46,608 nucleotides of DNA, from NCBI GenBank assembly GCA_022771715.1, contig JALELF010000017.1, forward strand, positions 1 through 46,608, written 5' to 3'. This DNA comes from Bacillota bacterium. Its GTDB lineage: Bacteria; Bacillota_I; Bacilli_A; RF39; UBA660. Both the position numbers and the translations under genes were made by a program. Under the pieces are notes generated by a model. It made no database searches and had not been told where the DNA came from. It saw nothing but the letters and a program-made list of their open reading frames with translations. The stretch's first letter is position 1. Each line of letters starts with the position of its first letter. Below, one piece after another: positions 44,304 to 46,608 of the stretch.

Positions 44304-46450
44304 TTTATACTTCTTTCTACATCTAAAATATTGGGAATACTTCTTATATCATTCATAAACTTATTTAAACTAGTTACATTTTGTACTGATACAACTAATT
44401 CATATAAGAAATTATCATTGTTATTTATAAAATTAATGTTTAAAACAGTAATATCAGTATTGGAAGTTTTAGCAATTATATCTAATAAAACATTCTTATT
44501 TTCTCTAGCGTGTATCAATAAGTTAGTAGGATACTTTTTATTCACAAGTTCATTCCATTTTACTTCTATAATTCTTTCTTCTAAATTACTTATATTAGGA
44601 CAATCTAATCTATGTACAGATATTCCATTTCCTTTAGTAATATAACCTATTATTTTATCTTCTGGTATTGGTTTACAACAAGAGGCTATATTAACTTTTA
44701 TTTCATCTATTCCTTCTACAATTATATCATTTTTTATAACAGGTAATTCTTCTTTACGATTCTGAGCTTTTTTAAGAATTATTTCTTCTTTTGATTCGGT
44801 TTCTTTATAAATAACATTTATAACTATATTAGGTGTTATTTTGTAGTTTCCTAAAGCTATGTAAAGATCATCTAAAGAACTATATTTTAATTCTGCAAGT
44901 ATTTTATTAACATTTTCTTCTTTTAAAAATTCATTTATACTTATTTTTTTCTTTCTTAATTCTTTATTTAATAATTCTACACCTATTTTTTGATAATCTT
45001 TTTTATCTATTTTGCTAAAGAAATTTTTGATTTTAGATTTAGCTTGAGTAGTATAGGCCATATTTATCCATTCTTTAGATGGACCTATAGAATTTTTATT
45101 GGTATTTATTTTTACTATATCATTATCTTTTAGTTCATAATCAAGTGGTACTATATTATCATTTACTAAAGCACCTACCATTTTATCTCCTACTTCAGAA
45201 TGAACTTTGTAGGCAAAATCTATTGGAGTTGAACCACTAGGAAGCTCTATAACATCTCCTTTAGGTGTAAACACATAAATTGAATCTTTAAACAAATCTT
45301 CTTTAACAGAACTCATAAATTCTTCTTCGTTTGTATCATTTAGTCCCATTATTGATTTGAAGAATTGTAATTTTTGTTCCATAGCACTTTGTAAATTAGC
45401 TTTGCCACCTTCTTTATAAGACCAATGGGAAGCGATTCCGTTTTCAGCTACTTTATCCATTTCATATGTTCTTATTTGAATCTCAAAATAATTGCCACCT
45501 GGTCCAAAAACAGTTGTATGTAATGATTGATACATATTTGCTTTAGGCATAGCTATATAATCTTTAAACCTTTTAGGAAGAGGCTTATATTTTGAATGAA
45601 TTAATCCTAATACTTGATAACAATCACTCTCTGTATCTACATATACACGAAGCGCTAATAAATCATATATATCACTAAATTTTTTACCTTTATTTAGTTT
45701 ATTATAAATACTATAAATAGCTTTAGCTCGACCTTTTATTTCATGTTTAATATTATGTTCATTTAAAATAGTACTTACTTCATTCATCATTTCTAAAACT
45801 AGGTTTTCTCTTTCCATTTTAGTTTGATTTAATTTTTCAACTATTTGAAAATAAGCATCTGGTTTGTAGTACCTTAAAGACAAGTCTTCTAATTCTGATT
45901 TAATACTACTCATACCTAATCTATGAGCAATAGGTGTTAAAATATCTAAAGTTTCTTTTGCTTTTCTTTTTTGTCTTTCTTCTGGTATTGCCCAAAGAGT
46001 TCGCATATTATGAAGTCTATCTGCTAATTTTATAATTATGACTCTTACATCTTCTGATAAACCTACTAATATTTTTCTATGATTTGCGATTACTTGTTCA
46101 TTGTCACCAGTAAAACTTAGCTTATTTATTTTATTAACACCTTCTACAAGTTTGGCAATTTCTAAGCCTACTTCACTTTCCAATTCTAAAGCAGTTATTT
46201 TATTTTCTTCCATTACATCATGAAGTAAAGCAGCAGATACTGTTTGATAATCAGCATTTATATTAGCGAGAATATACGCTACATTTAAAGGGTGAACTAT
46301 ATAGTCATCTCCTGTTAATCTTTTTTCGCCAAAGTGTTTCTCAAACGCTATCATATATGACTTAGTTACTTTTTTTATTTCTTCTTCAGTTAAATATGTT
46401 TTTAATTTCTTAACTAATTCATCATATGTTTTAATTTCTATATTTTTCAT
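44300..46450 (-). CDS. relA: Bifunctional (p)ppGpp synthetase/hydrolase Rel (RelA/SpoT homologue)
   Basis: HD hydrolase motifs HPLNVAYIL...LLHDVMEE, synthetase region [14 protein letters not shown]...[17 protein letters not shown], a TGS domain ([22 protein letters not shown]), and a C-terminal ACT-like domain. Confidence 0.95.
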   Translation of the reverse strand: MKNIEIKTYDELVKKLKTYLTEEEIKKVTKSYMIAFEKHFGEKRLTGDDYIVHPLNVAYILANINADYQTVSAALLHDVMEENKITALELESEVGLEIAKLVEGVNKINKLSFTGDNEQVIANHRKILVGLSEDVRVIIIKLADRLHNMRTLWAIPEERQKRKAKETLDILTPIAHRLGMSSIKSELEDLSLRYYKPDAYFQIVEKLNQTKMERENLVLEMMNEVSTILNEHNIKHEIKGRAKAIYSIYNKLNKGKKFSDIYDLLALRVYVDTESDCYQVLGLIHSKYKPLPKRFKDYIAMPKANMYQSLHTTVFGPGGNYFEIQIRTYEMDKVAENGIASHWSYKEGGKANLQSAMEQKLQFFKSIMGLNDTNEEEFMSSVKEDLFKDSIYVFTPKGDVIELPSGSTPIDFAYKVHSEVGDKMVGALVNDNIVPLDYELKDNDIVKINTNKNSIGPSKEWINMAYTTQAKSKIKNFFSKIDKKDYQKIGVELLNKELRKKKISINEFLKEENVNKILAELKYSSLDDLYIALGNYKITPNIVINVIYKETESKEEIILKKAQNRKEELPVIKNDIIVEGIDEIKVNIASCCKPIPEDKIIGYITKGNGISVHRLDCPNISNLEERIIEVKWNELVNKKYPTNLLIHARENKNVLLDIIAKTSNTDITVLNINFINNNDNFLYELVVSVQNVTSLNKFMNDIRSIPNILDVERSIK

Positions 46451-46608
46451 TTTATCATCCCCATTTAATTTTATGTAAAACTTATTTACGAAGTAATATT
46501 TCTTTCTATCAGTATCATCTTCCTATCAAAATTTTACCATAATTTTTAGTATTTTACAAAGTAAAGTAGTAATTATAATAAAATTTTAAAAATATTGTTT
46601 TTTTTAAA

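Overview
This is a very AT-rich, low-GC Bacillota-type chromosomal segment. PolC is present, TGA is not recoded, and almost all genes are on the minus strand. I ran no homology searches: every product call comes from motifs I read in the supplied translations or in my own translations.

Most of the window is core housekeeping:
- sufC-sufD-sufS plus a GtrA-like gene
- HIT, ArsR, and dCMP deaminase followed by polC
- ligA
- a response regulator, histidine kinase and MacB/FtsX-type ABC module
- murG-murB-divIB and nrdD-nrdG
- a polysaccharide deacetylase, an AI-2E transporter, and dtd-relA

Several accessory or odd regions sit between these:
1. An autonomous, translationally coupled three-gene operon (1062-4557) of uncharacterised helical-repeat proteins. 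One ends in a RelE/ParE-like module, and an XRE regulator lies next to the operon. This is my best candidate for an undescribed system.
2. Two tandem paralogous membrane-anchored Big_2-repeat proteins with different C-terminal cell-wall hydrolase domains.
3. An orphan 1427-aa helical protein fused to a C-terminal metallophosphoesterase.
4. A ligA whose BRCT domain is cut off by two in-frame TAA codons while the frame stays intact.
5. An orphan holin-like/holin-like/M23-SH3 lysis cassette, next to a 410-bp oligo-T-tract intergenic region.
6. A BspA-type LRR surface-protein locus broken into three frames, one break at a C7/G7 homopolymer.

I saw no rRNA, tRNA, CRISPR array, transposase or integrase.
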